NCBI RefSeq assembly: GCF_009914755.1
Contig: NC_060947.1
Source of the DNA: the human T2T-CHM13v2.0 reference genome, Homo sapiens
DNA: 64,000 nt
Direction: 5' to 3' (one strand)
Position 1 is the stretch's first letter. Every line of letters starts with the position of its first letter. The translations under genes and the position numbers were made by a program. Below, one piece after another: positions 48,895 to 62,366 of this stretch. The notes beneath the pieces are model-generated. The model saw nothing but the letters and a program-made list of their open reading frames with translations, ran no database searches and was not told the DNA's origin.

Positions 48895-49394
48895 TGTCTT
48901 AGGTTTGATTCCCCTAAAAGCAGACACTGAGACAAGTATTTGAGTGCAAATCATTTATTTCAGAAGTGCTCCCAAGAAGCATCAGTAGTAGAGTAGTGAA
49001 TTAAAGCAGATAATATAATGAAGTCAGTAACAGTTGTGGTTTCAATCAGGTTTCGCTGTGGGCAACTGAAGCTCAATGCCACTGGGGACCAATAGGATAC
49101 ATTTTAGAACATGTCTCAGACTTATCTCAACTGACTAGTGAGGAATCTGGAGTAATTAACTACCAATTCCCTGACCATCTTTGGTAAGGGGCCGTTGCTG
49201 GGGTCATTATCTTCTGGCGCTCCTACCTTGCCCTCTGTGAGCTGAGTGTGCTCTCATATGCCAGAAAAAAAAAAAAAAAAAAAAAAAAAAAACATCCCTC
49301 AAGCAGAGACTTACAGGTTTTCACAATAAGCAAGCTTCAGAATGTAAAGGTGGAACTAAGGAGATATGAGCAGGGTATCAATAGTATCTTTATA
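48895..49394 (-). mobile_element. LTR33-like ERVL LTR containing A28
   Basis: tgtcttaggtttgattcccctaaaagcagacactgagacaag at one end, aggagatatgagcagggtatcaatagtatct at the other. Confidence 0.6.
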
Positions 49395-49931
49395 GCACAT
49401 ATGACTCAAATTGTTGTGTTCATACCCATACCACTGGAAAACCATCTATTAAAGGTTTGGGATAAATCAAGGAGCTGAGCTTACACTGTGTACTTTAATG
49501 TGAACCAATGCTCCATTCGGAAACTCTTGAGATATATATAGTGAGGTAGCAGATCACAAGCTGTTCATCTCATCTAGAACTTGTAGACAATGGTTAGTAG
49601 AGTGTTACTTTGAGTAGCTCTGTACTATAGTACTTTACTGACAGACACAGAGTTCTTTTCATCTTAATATCGCTAAAATTATTTTTAAATCCAGTTGCAT
49701 TGCTACCTAATAAAACATGTGGTGTACATGTAGTGAATGGTGATATGATGTGAATATACCACACTTTAAGTTATAGGGTAACAATAGGTCAAATGACAAA
49801 TTGTGTACACTTTTATCATCTTAAAACAGACCTCTTAAATAAATGTAAGAAAATAATTTTTGGCTTGTTAACTTATTTACTTTTACTTTGGCTTTTCTAA
49901 GCTGCATGAGCTGGTAAGGAAATAAGAAAGG

Positions 49932-51046
49932 CATCTTACATCCTTGTGTTTTAAATGAATTTACATCCTAACAGAAATGTTCTTAAATGCAGTTATGTTT
50001 TAAATGTACAATAAGCCTCTTGTAAATTATACAGTGTAGTTCCTTAAGACTAAATACCACAGAAGCAAAAAGTTGTCAATTTAAAATGAGCATTATTGGG
50101 ACACATCTGTTCTACTCTTTTACTTCTGATTGAATCCATTTAACCAGAAAATACTAGTGCCCTCTTTAATCTCCTGTCATGTTTTTTAAAATTTTCTCTT
50201 CAAATATTAATTTGCTATTTTTCCATTTGCATCTAATAAAAGTTATCTCTCCCAATTTCAGGTTTTGGTTCTATCCCGTGTAGTGCCATACTGCAGCAAT
50301 AATATGCCCCCCATATGTGTGCAAAATACACCAAAAGTCAATCCTTGTTTTGCATCCAGCAACATATATTCTGATTCTGAAAGAATTTTGCTTAGTTGGA
50401 TGAACATAAATTATGAGAATACTCGACATGTGATATGGAAAAACTGTCACAAAGGTGAGAAGTGATATTTTTCTTTAAACAAATTATTGCAAATTGTAGT
50501 GTGATGATGGAGAAGGAGCCATGGATACACAATCAACTCAGAATCCATGGATTCTAGACCCCTCTCCAACATTTACTTTCTGTTCTACAAAAATAATGCC
50601 TCCTTAACATCTTCAAGATATGTTTCCTCACATATAAAATGGAAATAATAAAAGGTGCTTCTTTAACTTATTTTGAAGAATAACTGATTTTAAAAGCATA
50701 TGGAGGAACTCTAGAATGAAAGCATTAATCATTGCTGACATTTTCAACTGTATAGAGTATTAAATATATAGGTGACACTGCTCAAACTTAGTATATAACT
50801 AGTCGAGATCAAGTAAAATCTCCTAGAAAAAATTTCACATGTCATATGAGGATCATGTTGGAAATCACTAAGAGCAATAATGCTTCATGAATTCTTTGGA
50901 GGGTAGGTCATATTAGGTATTTCACAATGAAATAAAGTCATTTCACATCCTTGTGTTTTAGATGAATTTACATTCTAACAGAACTGTCCTTAAAATGCAG
51001 TTTTTTTAACCGAGTCATAAGCCTCTTGTAAATTATACAGTGTGGT
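49932..51046 (+). repeat. Dispersed ~110-bp direct repeat (49932-50040 and 50939-51046)
   Basis: Exact shared blocks acatccttgtgtttta (16 nt) and ataagcctcttgtaaattatacagtgt (27 nt). Confidence 0.92.
50262..50454 (+). CDS. CFAP47: Internal coding exon G (193 nt, phase 0->1): VLVLSRVVPYCSNNMPP...SNIYSDSERILLSWMNINYENTRHVIWKNCHK; start of calponin-homology domain
   Basis: ctctcccaatttcag|GTT ... AAAG|gtgaga; overlaps ORF 50265-50465; ERILLSWMN fits the E..LL.W.N first helix of CH domains. Confidence 0.92.
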
Positions 51047-51749
51047 GCTGAGACATGTTGGTGTTCACAGATAGTACTAAGGACAGTGCGCATGGCCATT
51101 GTTCCTTTAGCTTCAATTCAACTCCTTTCTTCCAAGTACATACAAACCTATTGTGTTCAAAGTAGACTGTTTTTTAACATGAAATAACTTTTTAATATCC
51201 AATATGCAGAATTTAATTCAAACTTTACAAGTAAGGGGAAGATTAAGAGTTCAGTTTAAAAATGAGACTTTGAATTATGATTGCCCTTAAATTGAAGGTG
51301 TTATTTTAGAAAACATTCAAGAAAACACCAAGATTGAAAAAGATATATTGACATGTTGGTATTTGAGAACAGCAAACATAGAATACTTTATTACCTTCTA
51401 ATTGACATGCTGAAAATATCAAAATTTATCTTATAAAAATATATTTGCCCCATTAAAATACAAAACAAAGTACAAATAAATAATGCTAAGGTGAACTACA
51501 CAAAAACACATAAAAATTAGTTTGATTATTGCAGAGTAACACTTTGACCAGGGTGTCATAAAATATGTGCATGTATTAAAAATTAACGTGTTAATTTGTT
51601 ATAAAAGTATTATGGTTCTAATTTTACCAAAACAGTGGCCTATGCCAGTTAATTTCAAAGATTTTGCCACATTTTTCCCAAATAATATATTATAGACATT
51701 TACCTCCTTGCTGTTTTTTAGCACACTGAGTCCAATGCCTTTACAAAGC

Positions 51750-52135
51750 TTTTGTGCTTCCTGTTCCCTTTGACTAGACTATTATTTTACCAGATATCTT
51801 CATGGTTCCCTTTCTCATTTCATTCGAGTCATTGATTAAATGTCACCTTATCTGAGAAGGTTTATCAATATCTTCTCTAAAACAGGATATCCTTCAGTCC
51901 TACTCTTTCCTGCTCTATTTTTATTCTCAGCAGCACTTTTTAAATATAAATGTAATTGTAAACATAAATGTATTTGTTTATCATCTGTCTCTTCCAGTAG
52001 AATGTCACCTTCTGAATAAATTAGACAAGATTGCTCTTTGACTAATTAGGAATGTGACCTTCTTAATTAGCCAAGGAACAATCTTGTCTCATTTATTCCC
52101 AAAGCCTAGAACTGTGCCTAACAAAATAACAGACA
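51750..52135 (+). mobile_element. L2 3' end
   Basis: aaatgtcaccttatctgagaagg, tctgtctcttccagtagaatgt, gcctagaactgtgcct. Confidence 0.7.
52014..52098. repeat. Inverted repeat, 39-bp arms, 7-nt loop
   Basis: gaataaattagacaagattgctctttgactaattaggaa-tgtgacc-ttcttaattagccaaggaacaatcttgtctcatttattc; 34/39 Watson-Crick pairs. Confidence 0.93.
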
Positions 52136-52140
52136 CATAC

Positions 52141-52383
52141 TGTCTTAGCTTTGTCCTGGTATAACAGAATACCATAGACTGGGTAATTTATAAAGATCAG
52201 AAATTTATCTTTCACAGATCTAAAGGCTGAGAAGTCCAAGATTAAGGTACTGGCAGGTTCTATGTCTGATAAGGGCTGCTGTCTGTTTCCAAGATGGTGC
52301 CTAGACGATGCACACTCCAAACAAGAGGAACACTGTGTCCTCACGTGGCAGAAGGCACAAAAGAGATAAACTCCCTCCATCAA
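52141..52383 (-). mobile_element. MSTD/MLT1A-like MaLR LTR (partial)
   Basis: tgtcttag...aataccatagactgggtaatttataaa...gagaagtccaagattaagg. Confidence 0.75.
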
Positions 52384-52385
52384 AG

Positions 52386-52910
52386 AACAATGTATTATTC
52401 AGCAGTAAAATGAAGTGAGCTATCAAGGCATGAAAAGACATGGAGTAAACTTATAGATGTATTACTAGGTAAAAGGAGCCAATTTGAAAAGGCTACATAC
52501 TGTGCGGTTTCAACTATATGACTTTCTGGAAAATGTAAAACCATAGAGACAGGAAAAAGATCAGTGGATACTAGGGGTTAGCGGGGAAGGAGTGATGAAT
52601 AGGTAGAGTACACAGGACGTTTAAGGTAGTGAAACTACTCTGTTTGATACTATAATTATGAATACATGTCATTATACATTTGTTAAAACCCATAGAATGT
52701 ATAATATTAAGAGTGGGCCCTGATGTAAACTGTGAACTTTGGGTGATAATGGTTTGTTAATGTAGGTTCATCAGTTGTAATAAATGCACCACTGCAGTGC
52801 AAAAGGTTGATAGTGGGGGAGGATTGTGTGTGTGTGGTAACTCTCTGTAACTTCTGATTCATTTTGCTACAAACCTGATAATGCTTTAAAAAACTGTCTA
52901 TTTAAAAATA
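52386..52910 (+). mobile_element. L1MC1/2-like 3' end
   Basis: gagctatcaaggcatgaaaagacatggag, aaaggctacatactgt, ctttgggtgataatg. Confidence 0.75.
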
Positions 52911-53829
52911 ATTTAGTAATACATTTTTAAAGCAAAAAATAACAATTCCATTGTTAGACTCATTAAGCAATATGTCTAATAAATATGAATCCATTGCTCT
53001 GATGACCTGTACAGTAAAAAAGTCCTTCAGAAAATTCATAAACTTCAGTCCATTGCAATTTATGTAAAATTATTTGTGTGTTTTAGGTAATCATTGATCT
53101 AAATTTCAAGTCTTTAATAATGTTAGATACAACTCATATTTTCTAAAATATTAATATAGCAAATATCTGTAAGCTCCGCACCAAGCTTTAAATCCTATGT
53201 GAGCACGTTGAAGGTGCTGAATAAATATCTCTTAAATAAATCAATGGCTAAATGGATGGTTATATAGATAAAGCCAAAAGAAGTTGAAAAGATGTTCAAG
53301 TATTTAAAACTAGTTGAAAAGCTGAACATCTGACAGGAACAGAGACAAGCCAACAGCTTATTATTGTATCAAATATTATACTTTTTCCCTTGAGGATATA
53401 ATTAACCTATAAACAGTGTTCTATACAGACTTATTTTGTGTTGATGTGCTGATGTGCACTCTTGTCTTGGCTTTGTTCTTCTCATCTTATACATTCTCTC
53501 TTCTCCTCTGTTACTATTTTCCTTCATTTATTACCATATATAACATTCTTTCTTTTTGCCACATTACTTTCCTCAATCTTGCTATTTACCTAAGATTCTT
53601 ATTTCTATATTACCTTTTTCTTACGTCTCTTTTCTTTTCAATATCTTCCTTTACGTGCCTTACACCTCTCCTTCAATCTCTATTTATTTATTTTTCCCTT
53701 GACCATTCAGGGAATAAACACTTGAATTTTAACTATGAGTGTTTCCAGAAGATACTGCTCACTGTGACTTCTGCTTAAAAATTACAAGCTTTTTGAGCAT
53801 TAGAGTTGTTCAGATTCAAAGGGAGGCAT

Positions 53830-54480
53830 TTCCTCTACCCTCTGATATACAGACACCATTTTTCCTCAGATTTCCTGTCTTGCCCTTGTATGCTAGCTAA
53901 AGCATTTTGGCTTTCTTTGTGGCTCTCAAGACCCTCCTTAGCATTCTCTGTTCAAGGTCTCTTTCCTTCATCACATTGATATTTTCCTTCTTCTGTCTTT
54001 GCTCCAAACCTCCACATTTTGGCCATCTATATCCTCTTGTGGTTTTAAGTTACTCTTCCAATGCCTCCCAGATCCAAATCTACCTCAGACCTACCTCCTC
54101 ACCTCCAGTTCTGTATATCTTTCTCCTTATGAACACCTTCATTAAAATGTCCCATAAGCACCTCAAATTTCACTGGTCAAAAATCTAGGCATCCCTCCTT
54201 CTTACATCTAATTAATCACCAACCAACAATTTATTTTGATTCTATCCACAAGTTATCTTCTGAATCTACCTACTTTTTTCTAGCTCTTCTGTCACTTTTG
54301 TAATTTATCATTTCAATCAATGTCACCCTCTCATATTTACCACATCCAGTCCTGCCATTTGCCCATCTGTTGCTCACACAGCCATACTTAGTTCTTCATA
54401 AAACACAAATTTTAGCATCAGACTCCTGCCTAAAATCCTTTAATGGTATTTTATTCACTTCAATATCTACCATACCTTAT
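53830..54480 (+). mobile_element. L2 fragment
   Basis: aatgcctcccagatccaaatc, atgtcccataagcacctcaaattt, ctcctgcctaaaatcctttaatgg. Confidence 0.6.
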
Positions 54481-55158
54481 AACCATAACTCTTTACATTG
54501 ACTTTTGCACATTATACTTCAGCGCTGTAAACTATTGATTGGCTGCTGCTTCCTTTTTTTTTTTTTTTCACTTTTATTTTAAGTTCATGGGTACATGTTC
54601 AGGTTTGTTATATAGGTAAACTCATGTCACGGGGGTTTGTTGTATAGATTATTTCATCATCCAGGTATTAAGCCTAGTACCTATTAGTTATTTCTTCTGA
54701 TGCTCTCCCTCCTCCCATCCTCCACCCTCCTGTAGGCCTCAGTGTCTGCTGTTCCCCTCTATGTGTCCATGTGTTCTCATCATTTAGCTCCCACTTTAAA
54801 GTGAGAACATGTCATATTTGTTCCTTCATTAGTTTGCTAAGGTTAATGGCCTCCAGTTCCATCCATGTTCCTGCAAAGGACATGATCTCATTCTTTCTTC
54901 TGGCTACATATTATTCCATGGTGTGTATGTGCCATGTTTTGTTTATGCAGTCTACCGTTGATAGGCATGTAGGTTGATTGCATGTCATTGCTATTGTGAA
55001 CAGTGCTGCAATGAATATATACCTGCATGTGTCTTTATGATAGAACAAATCATATTCCTTGGGTATATACCCAATAATGAGATTGCTGGGTTGAATGGTA
55101 GTTCCATTTTTAGGTCTTTGGGGAATCACCACACTGTCTTCCACAATGGTTGAACTAA

Positions 55159-55536
<378 letters not shown>

Positions 55537-58500
55537 TACTTTTTGACTTTTTAATAAGAGCCATTCTGACTCGTGTGAGATGGTATTGCACTGTGGTCTT
55601 TATTTGCATTTCTCTAATGATCAGTGATGTTAAGCTTTATTCATATGCTTCTAGGCTGCATGTATGTCTTTTGAAAAGTGTCTGTTCATGTCCTTTGCCT
55701 ACTTTTTAATGGGTTGTTTCTTTTTGGCTTGTAAATTTAAGTTCCTTATAGATGACCTTATATTCCTTATATTAGACCTTTGTCAGGTGCATAGATTGCA
55801 AAACTTTTCTCCCATTCTGTAGGTTGTCCGTTTACTCTGTTGGTAGTTTCTTTTGCTGTGCAAAAGCTTATTAGCTTAAACAGATCCCATTTGTCAATTT
55901 TTTCTTTGGTTGCAATTGCTTCTGGTGTCTTTGTCATGAAATTTTTTCTCATTTCTACATGAAGAATGGTAGTGCCAAAGTTGTCCTCCAGGGTTTTTAT
56001 ACTTTTGGGTTTTACATTTAACTTTTTAATACAATTTGGATTAATTTTTATATATAGTGTAAGGAAGGGGTCCAGTTTCAATCTTCTGCATATGGTTAGC
56101 CAGTTATTCTGTCAGTATTTATTGAATGGGGAGTCCTTTCCCCATTGCTTTTTTTGTCAATTTTGTCAAAGATTAGATAGTTGTAGGTGTGCGACCTTAT
56201 GTCTGACCTCTATTCTGTTCCATTGGTTTATGTATCTGTTTTTGTACCAGTCATCCCCTTTTTGTTACTGTAGCCCCTTTGTATAGTTTGAAGTTGGATA
56301 CAGTGAAGCCTCCAGCTTTGTTCTTTTTGTTTAGGATTGCCTTGGCAATTTGGGATCTTTTTTGGTTCCATATGAATTTTAAAATAGTTATTTCTAGTTC
56401 TGTGAAGAATGCCATTGGTAGTTTTATAGAAATAGCATTGATTGTATAAATTGCTTTGGGTCATATGGTCATTTTCACAATATTGATTCTTCCTATCCAT
56501 GAGCATGGAATGATTCTTCCATCTGTTGGTGTCATCTCTGATTTCTTTGAGCAGTGTTTTGTAATTCTCCTTGTAGAGATCTTTCACCTTCCTTGTTATT
56601 CCTAGGTGTTTTATACTTTTTGTGACAATTGTGAATGTGATTACATTCCTGATTTGGCTCTTGCTTGACTGTTGTTGGTGTTTAGAAATGCTAGTGATTT
56701 TTCTGTATGTTCCTTTTGTGTCTTGAGACTTTGCTTAAGTTGTTTATCAGCATAAGGAGTTTTTGGGTTGAGACTAAGGAGTTTTTTACATATAGAATCG
56801 TGTTGTCTGGAAACAGGAAAGATTTGACTTCCTTTCCTCCTATTTGGATATCCTTTATTTCTTTCTCTTGCCCAATTGCTCTGGCTAGGACTTCCAATAC
56901 TATGTTGAATAGGACTAGTGAGAGGGCATACTTCATCTGTGCTGGTTTTCAAAAGGAATGCTTCCACCTTTGCCCATTCAGTATGATATTGGCTGTGGGT
57001 TTAATATAGAGAGCTCTTACTATTTTGAGGTATGTTCCTTCCATACCCAGTTTATTGAGAGTTTTTGACATGAAGTCATGCTGAGTTTTATTGAAAGCCA
57101 TTTCTGCATCTATTAAGATAATCATGCACTTTTTCTATTTAGTTCTGTTTATGTGATTCATCACATATTTTTATTTGCATACATTGAATTAATCTTATGT
57201 TGCAGGGATAAAGACTACTTGATCATGGTAGATTAGCTTTTTGACATGCTGCTGAATTCAGTTTGCCAGTATTTTGTTGAGGATTCTTGCATCGATGTTC
57301 ATCAAGGATATTGGCCTGAAGATTTCATTTTTTTGTTGTTGTTGTGTCTCTGCCAGGCTTGGTATCAGGATGATGCTGGACTCATAGAATGAGTTAGGGA
57401 GGAGGGCTTCCTTCTCAATTTTGGGGAATAAGTTCAGTAGAAATGATACCAGCTCTTATTCATACATCTGGTAGAATTTGGCTGTGAATCCATTTGGTCC
57501 TGGGCTTTTTGTGGCTGGTAGGTTATTTATTTCTGATTCAGTTTTGGAGCTCATTATCGGTTTGCTCAGGGATTCAATATCTTCCTAGGTCAGTCTTTGG
57601 AGGGTGTCTGTGTCCAGGAATTTATCCATGTATTCTAGATTTTCTAGTTTATGTGCTTAGAGGTGTTCATAATATTCTCTGATAATTATTTTTATTTCTA
57701 TGGGGTGACTGATACCCTTTGTAATTTCTAATTGTGTTTATTCAGATCTTCTCTCTTGTCTTCTTTATTATTCTAGCTAATGGTCTATTTCATTGTTTTT
57801 TCACAAACTCAACTCCTGGATTTGTTCATCTTTTGAATGGTTTTTTGTGCCTCAATCTCCTTCCTTCAGTTCAGTTCTGATTTTGGTTATTTCTTGTCTT
57901 CTGATAGTTTTGGGGTTTGTTTGCTCTTGACTCTCTAGTACTTTTAATTGTCATGTTAGGTGGTTAAATCGACATGTTTCTAACTTTTCATGTGGGCATT
58001 TAGTGCTATAAATTTTCTTTTTAACATTGCCTTAGATGTTTCCCAGAGATTCTGGTATGTTGTATCTTTTTTCTCATTAGTTTCAAAGGACTTCTTGATT
58101 TCTGCCTTAATTTCATTATTCACCCAAAAGTTATTCAGGATCAGGTTATTCAATTTCCATGTAATTATATGGTTTTGAGTGAATTTTTAAGTCTTGATTT
58201 CTAATTTTATTACTCTGTGGTCCAAGAAGTGGTTGTTATGATTTCAGCTATTTTGCACTTGCTGAAGCGTGTTTTGTGTCCAATTATGTGATCGATTTTA
58301 GAGTATGTGTCATGTGGCAATTAGAAGAATGTATACCCTGTTGCTTTTGGGTGGATAGTTCTGTAGATGTCTGTCAGGTTCATTTGATCCAGTGCTGAGT
58401 TCAGGTCCTGAATATCTTTGTTAATCTTGTGTCTTGATGATCTGTTTAATACTACTAGTAAGTTGTTAACATCTCCCACTATTATTGTGTGGGAGTTTGT

Positions 58501-59554
58501 CTTTTTGAAGGTCTCTAAGAACTTGCTTTATTAATCTAGGTGCTCCTGTGTTGGGTGTATATTAATTTAGGATAGTTAGGCATTCATGTTGAATTGAACC
58601 CTTTACCATTATGTAATGCCCTTCCTTGTCTCTTTTGATCTGCTTTGGTTTTGTCTGAGATGTAGATTGCAACCCCTACTTTTATTTTTGTTTTCCATTT
58701 GCTTGGTAGATTTTTCTCCATCCATGTATTTTGAGACTATGGGTGTCATTGCATATGAGATGAGTCTCTTGATGACAGTATACCAATGGGTCTTGGTTCT
58801 TTATCCAGCTTGCCACTCTGTGCCTTTTAATTGGGGCGTATAGCCCTCTTACATTCAAGGTTAGTATTGATATGTGTGGCTTTGATCCTGTCATCATGAT
58901 GTTAGCTGGTTATTATGCAGACTTGTTTGTGTGGTTGCTTTATAGTGTCACTGGTCTGTGTACTTACATGTGCTTTTGTAATGGCTGGTAAAGGTCTTTT
59001 CTTTCTATATTTAGTGCTTCTTTCAGGAGCTCTTGTAAGGCAGGTCTGGTGGTAACAAATTCCAACATTTGCTTGTCTGAATAGGATCTTATTTCTCCTT
59101 TGCTTATAAAGTTAATTTGGCCAGATATGAAATCCTGGGTTAGAATTTCTTCTCTTTATGAATATTGAATATTGGCCCCCCATCTTTTCTGGTTTGTGGG
59201 GTTTCTGCTGAGATGTCTGTTGTTAGTGTAATGGGCTTCCCTTTGTAGGTGACCTGACCTTTCTCACTAGCTGCCTTTAACAATTTTTCTTTCATTTTGA
59301 CCTTGGAGAATCTGACAATTATGTGTCTTGTGGATTACCTTCTTGTGAAGTACCTTACTGAAGTTCTCTGCCTTCCCTAAATTTGAATGTTGGCCTCTCT
59401 AGCTAGGTTGGAGAAGTTCTCATAGATGATACCCTGAAATATGTTTTCCAAGTTGTTTACGTTCTCCCTGTCTCTTTCAGGGACACCAGTGAATCATAGA
59501 TTTGGTCTTTTTATATAATCCCATATTTCTTGGATGTTTTGTTCCTTCCTTTAA

Positions 59555-59835
<281 letters not shown>

Positions 59836-61827
59836 TCTGACTGTCTTAGTTCAGAAAGCCAGTCTTCAAGCTCTGAGATTTTCTTTATAGCATTGTCTAT
59901 TGTGCTATTAATACTTGTGACTGCATTATGAAATTTTTGTAGTATGTTTTTAAGCTCTATGACGTCGATTACATTCTTTTCTATACTGCCTATTTTGTCA
60001 GTCAGCTCCTGTATTACTTTATTATGAGTCCTAGTTTCCTTGGATTGTGTTTCAACATACTCCTGCATCTCCATGATCCTTATTCCTATCCATCTCTGAA
60101 TTCTATTTCTGTCATTTCAGCCAACTCAGCCTGGTTCATAATCCTTGAGAAGTGATGCAGTAGTTTGGGGAAAGAAGGCACTCTGGCTTTTTGAGTTGTC
60201 AGAGTTCTTGAACTGGTTCTTTCAAATTTTTGTGGGATGATGTTTCTTCAGCCTTTAGAGTGGCTCACCTTTGGGTGTTTTTTCTTTTTTCTTTTATCTT
60301 ATTTTATGACCTTGAGAGTTTGATTGTGGTATAAGGTGGATTCAGCTGATTGGCTTCATTTCTGGAAGATTTTAGAAGGCCAGCGCTCAGCTCTCTACTC
60401 CTAGACTGCGTGCTCTAACTCTGGGGAATATGTGCCAGGCCCTGACTTTGTTCTCTGGCTCCTCGAGTTTAGGAATGGACTGCACTGGGTGGGGGTGGAG
60501 GATGAGGTGCTCCCAGACTGCTGGTCACTACACTCTGGTGAGTAGTGTTGGCTGAAGGCTTTCATAGTGCAGTGGCAACAGGATCCTTCCTAATTTATAC
60601 GTGCCAGCAGCAGCACGATGGGGTGCATGCATATCAGCTGCATTAGGGTGCTAGTGGGTGCTGGGATTCCTGCCTTCATGCAAGTGTTCACTCCAGTGGT
60701 GGAGGCAACTTGGCTTTGGAGTGCAAGGAGGCCCCTACTGGTGACTCTGTCTGCTTCTTTCTGCATTTAAATTTTATAGTACTTTTTGCTTTGTCTGGAA
60801 TCTCTTTTCAGTGTCTCCTTATCCTCACAATTCAAGTCTCATTATAGACATCAGCTCTTCTAGGAAACCTTTCCACAATCTCCCCAAGACTAGATGGAAT
60901 ACATCTTCCTTGTCTTGTAACATACTTTATGTAAGCTTATTAAAGTGTTTGTCATATGGTTTTCACATTTGTTTCTACTTGTTTCTCTCTCCCATAGTAA
61001 TTTAAGTCCTTTATTGCAGAGGTTTTTCTAGTTTATTATTAGCAAAAATAAAAAATCATAATCACAAAAATATTGAATATTTACTAAGTGGTTCTATGGT
61101 AAGCTCTTTACTCATATTATTTATCACAACACTTGGAACATTATTGTCAAATAAACATCTGTAGAGAGTTTTTATTTCTAATGTTAAAAATATTTATGAG
61201 GATAATAAAAATCAAACAAGTCAATATTGTTTGGCAAGGTACTACATCACCATAGTGTCTGTGATGAGAAGTTATTGTATTAAAATTTGACATAATATGT
61301 ACTATGCTAATCAAGCACTGGGACCTTCCAGAGATTCAGGCAGGTGAAACTGGAGGGTGGCATGACCATTATGAACTTCATCATTTATTTATTTTGAAGT
61401 TTCCTATGTATGGAGGGAGGAACAGGATACAGTTATGGACAAAATTAGGTTTTTTTAAAAGCTGATATTTAAACTGTGGATTTATATATGAAAATAGCTA
61501 ACAGATATAAAATTGGAATGTTTATTACCTTTACTAGAGCCATTTCCATAGCATTCCTGTGCACTGAAAATACATCTCTCCTCACAAAAATTGATTCATC
61601 ACAGATATTTCAGAAGAATAACTGCATCTAATAGGACATAAATCTGTAGTTTTTCATCTGGAGATAAAGAGTAAATAACTCTCTGAACTCTCAACTTTTC
61701 TTTATAGTTTGAATAAATCAACCCATCTCTTTCTCTCTCCTATCAAGTTATTTGTTTTGAAATAGACCAAGTAGTATGTTAGACATTTTTTCACACTGTA
61801 ACCGTTGCAGTTTCTTTTTTGAGTTAA

Positions 61828-62175
61828 ATTTAATTTTATTTTAGATTCAGAGGGGACTTGTGCATTTTTGTGACATGAATATATTGCATACCAGTGGGGA
61901 TTGGGCTTCTGGTGTGCTTATTACCCAAATAGTGAACATTGTATCCAATAGATAATTTTACAATCCTTGACCTCCTCCCACTCTCAACCCTTTTTGAGTC
62001 TCCAGTGTCTGTTATCTCTATCTTTATATCCATGTGCACCCATTGTTTAGCTCCCACTACAAGTGAGAACACGTGGTATTTGGTTTTCTGTTTCTAAGTT
62101 AGTTCACTTAGCATAATGGCCTCCAGCTCCATCCACGTTCCTGCAAAGGACATGATTTCATTCTTTTTATTGCTG
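61828..62175 (-). mobile_element. L1PB/L1PA16-like 3' end
   Basis: tttagattcagaggggacttgtgc...ttacccaaatagtgaacattgta...cctgcaaaggacatgatttcattc. Confidence 0.8.
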
Positions 62176-62366
62176 GGTGTGGTTCGAATTTCAATATACA
62201 TTTCCTTACAATACGTTTAAATATATAATAGTTAACGAGCTTAGGTGTTTTGGTGAGATGCCAGTTGGGCATACCAAGAATTAGTCAGAGAATAAACTGA
62301 TTAGCTGGTTCAGAATTTTTTGTTTAGTGGACATTTTAAAGCAGTGTGGAATAGCATTAAATTAGC

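Noticed and set aside
53416-54188. Hydrophobic 120-aa and 93-aa ORFs resembling membrane proteins
   Set aside because: T/C-rich low-complexity and L2 sequence, non-ATG starts, no splice support.
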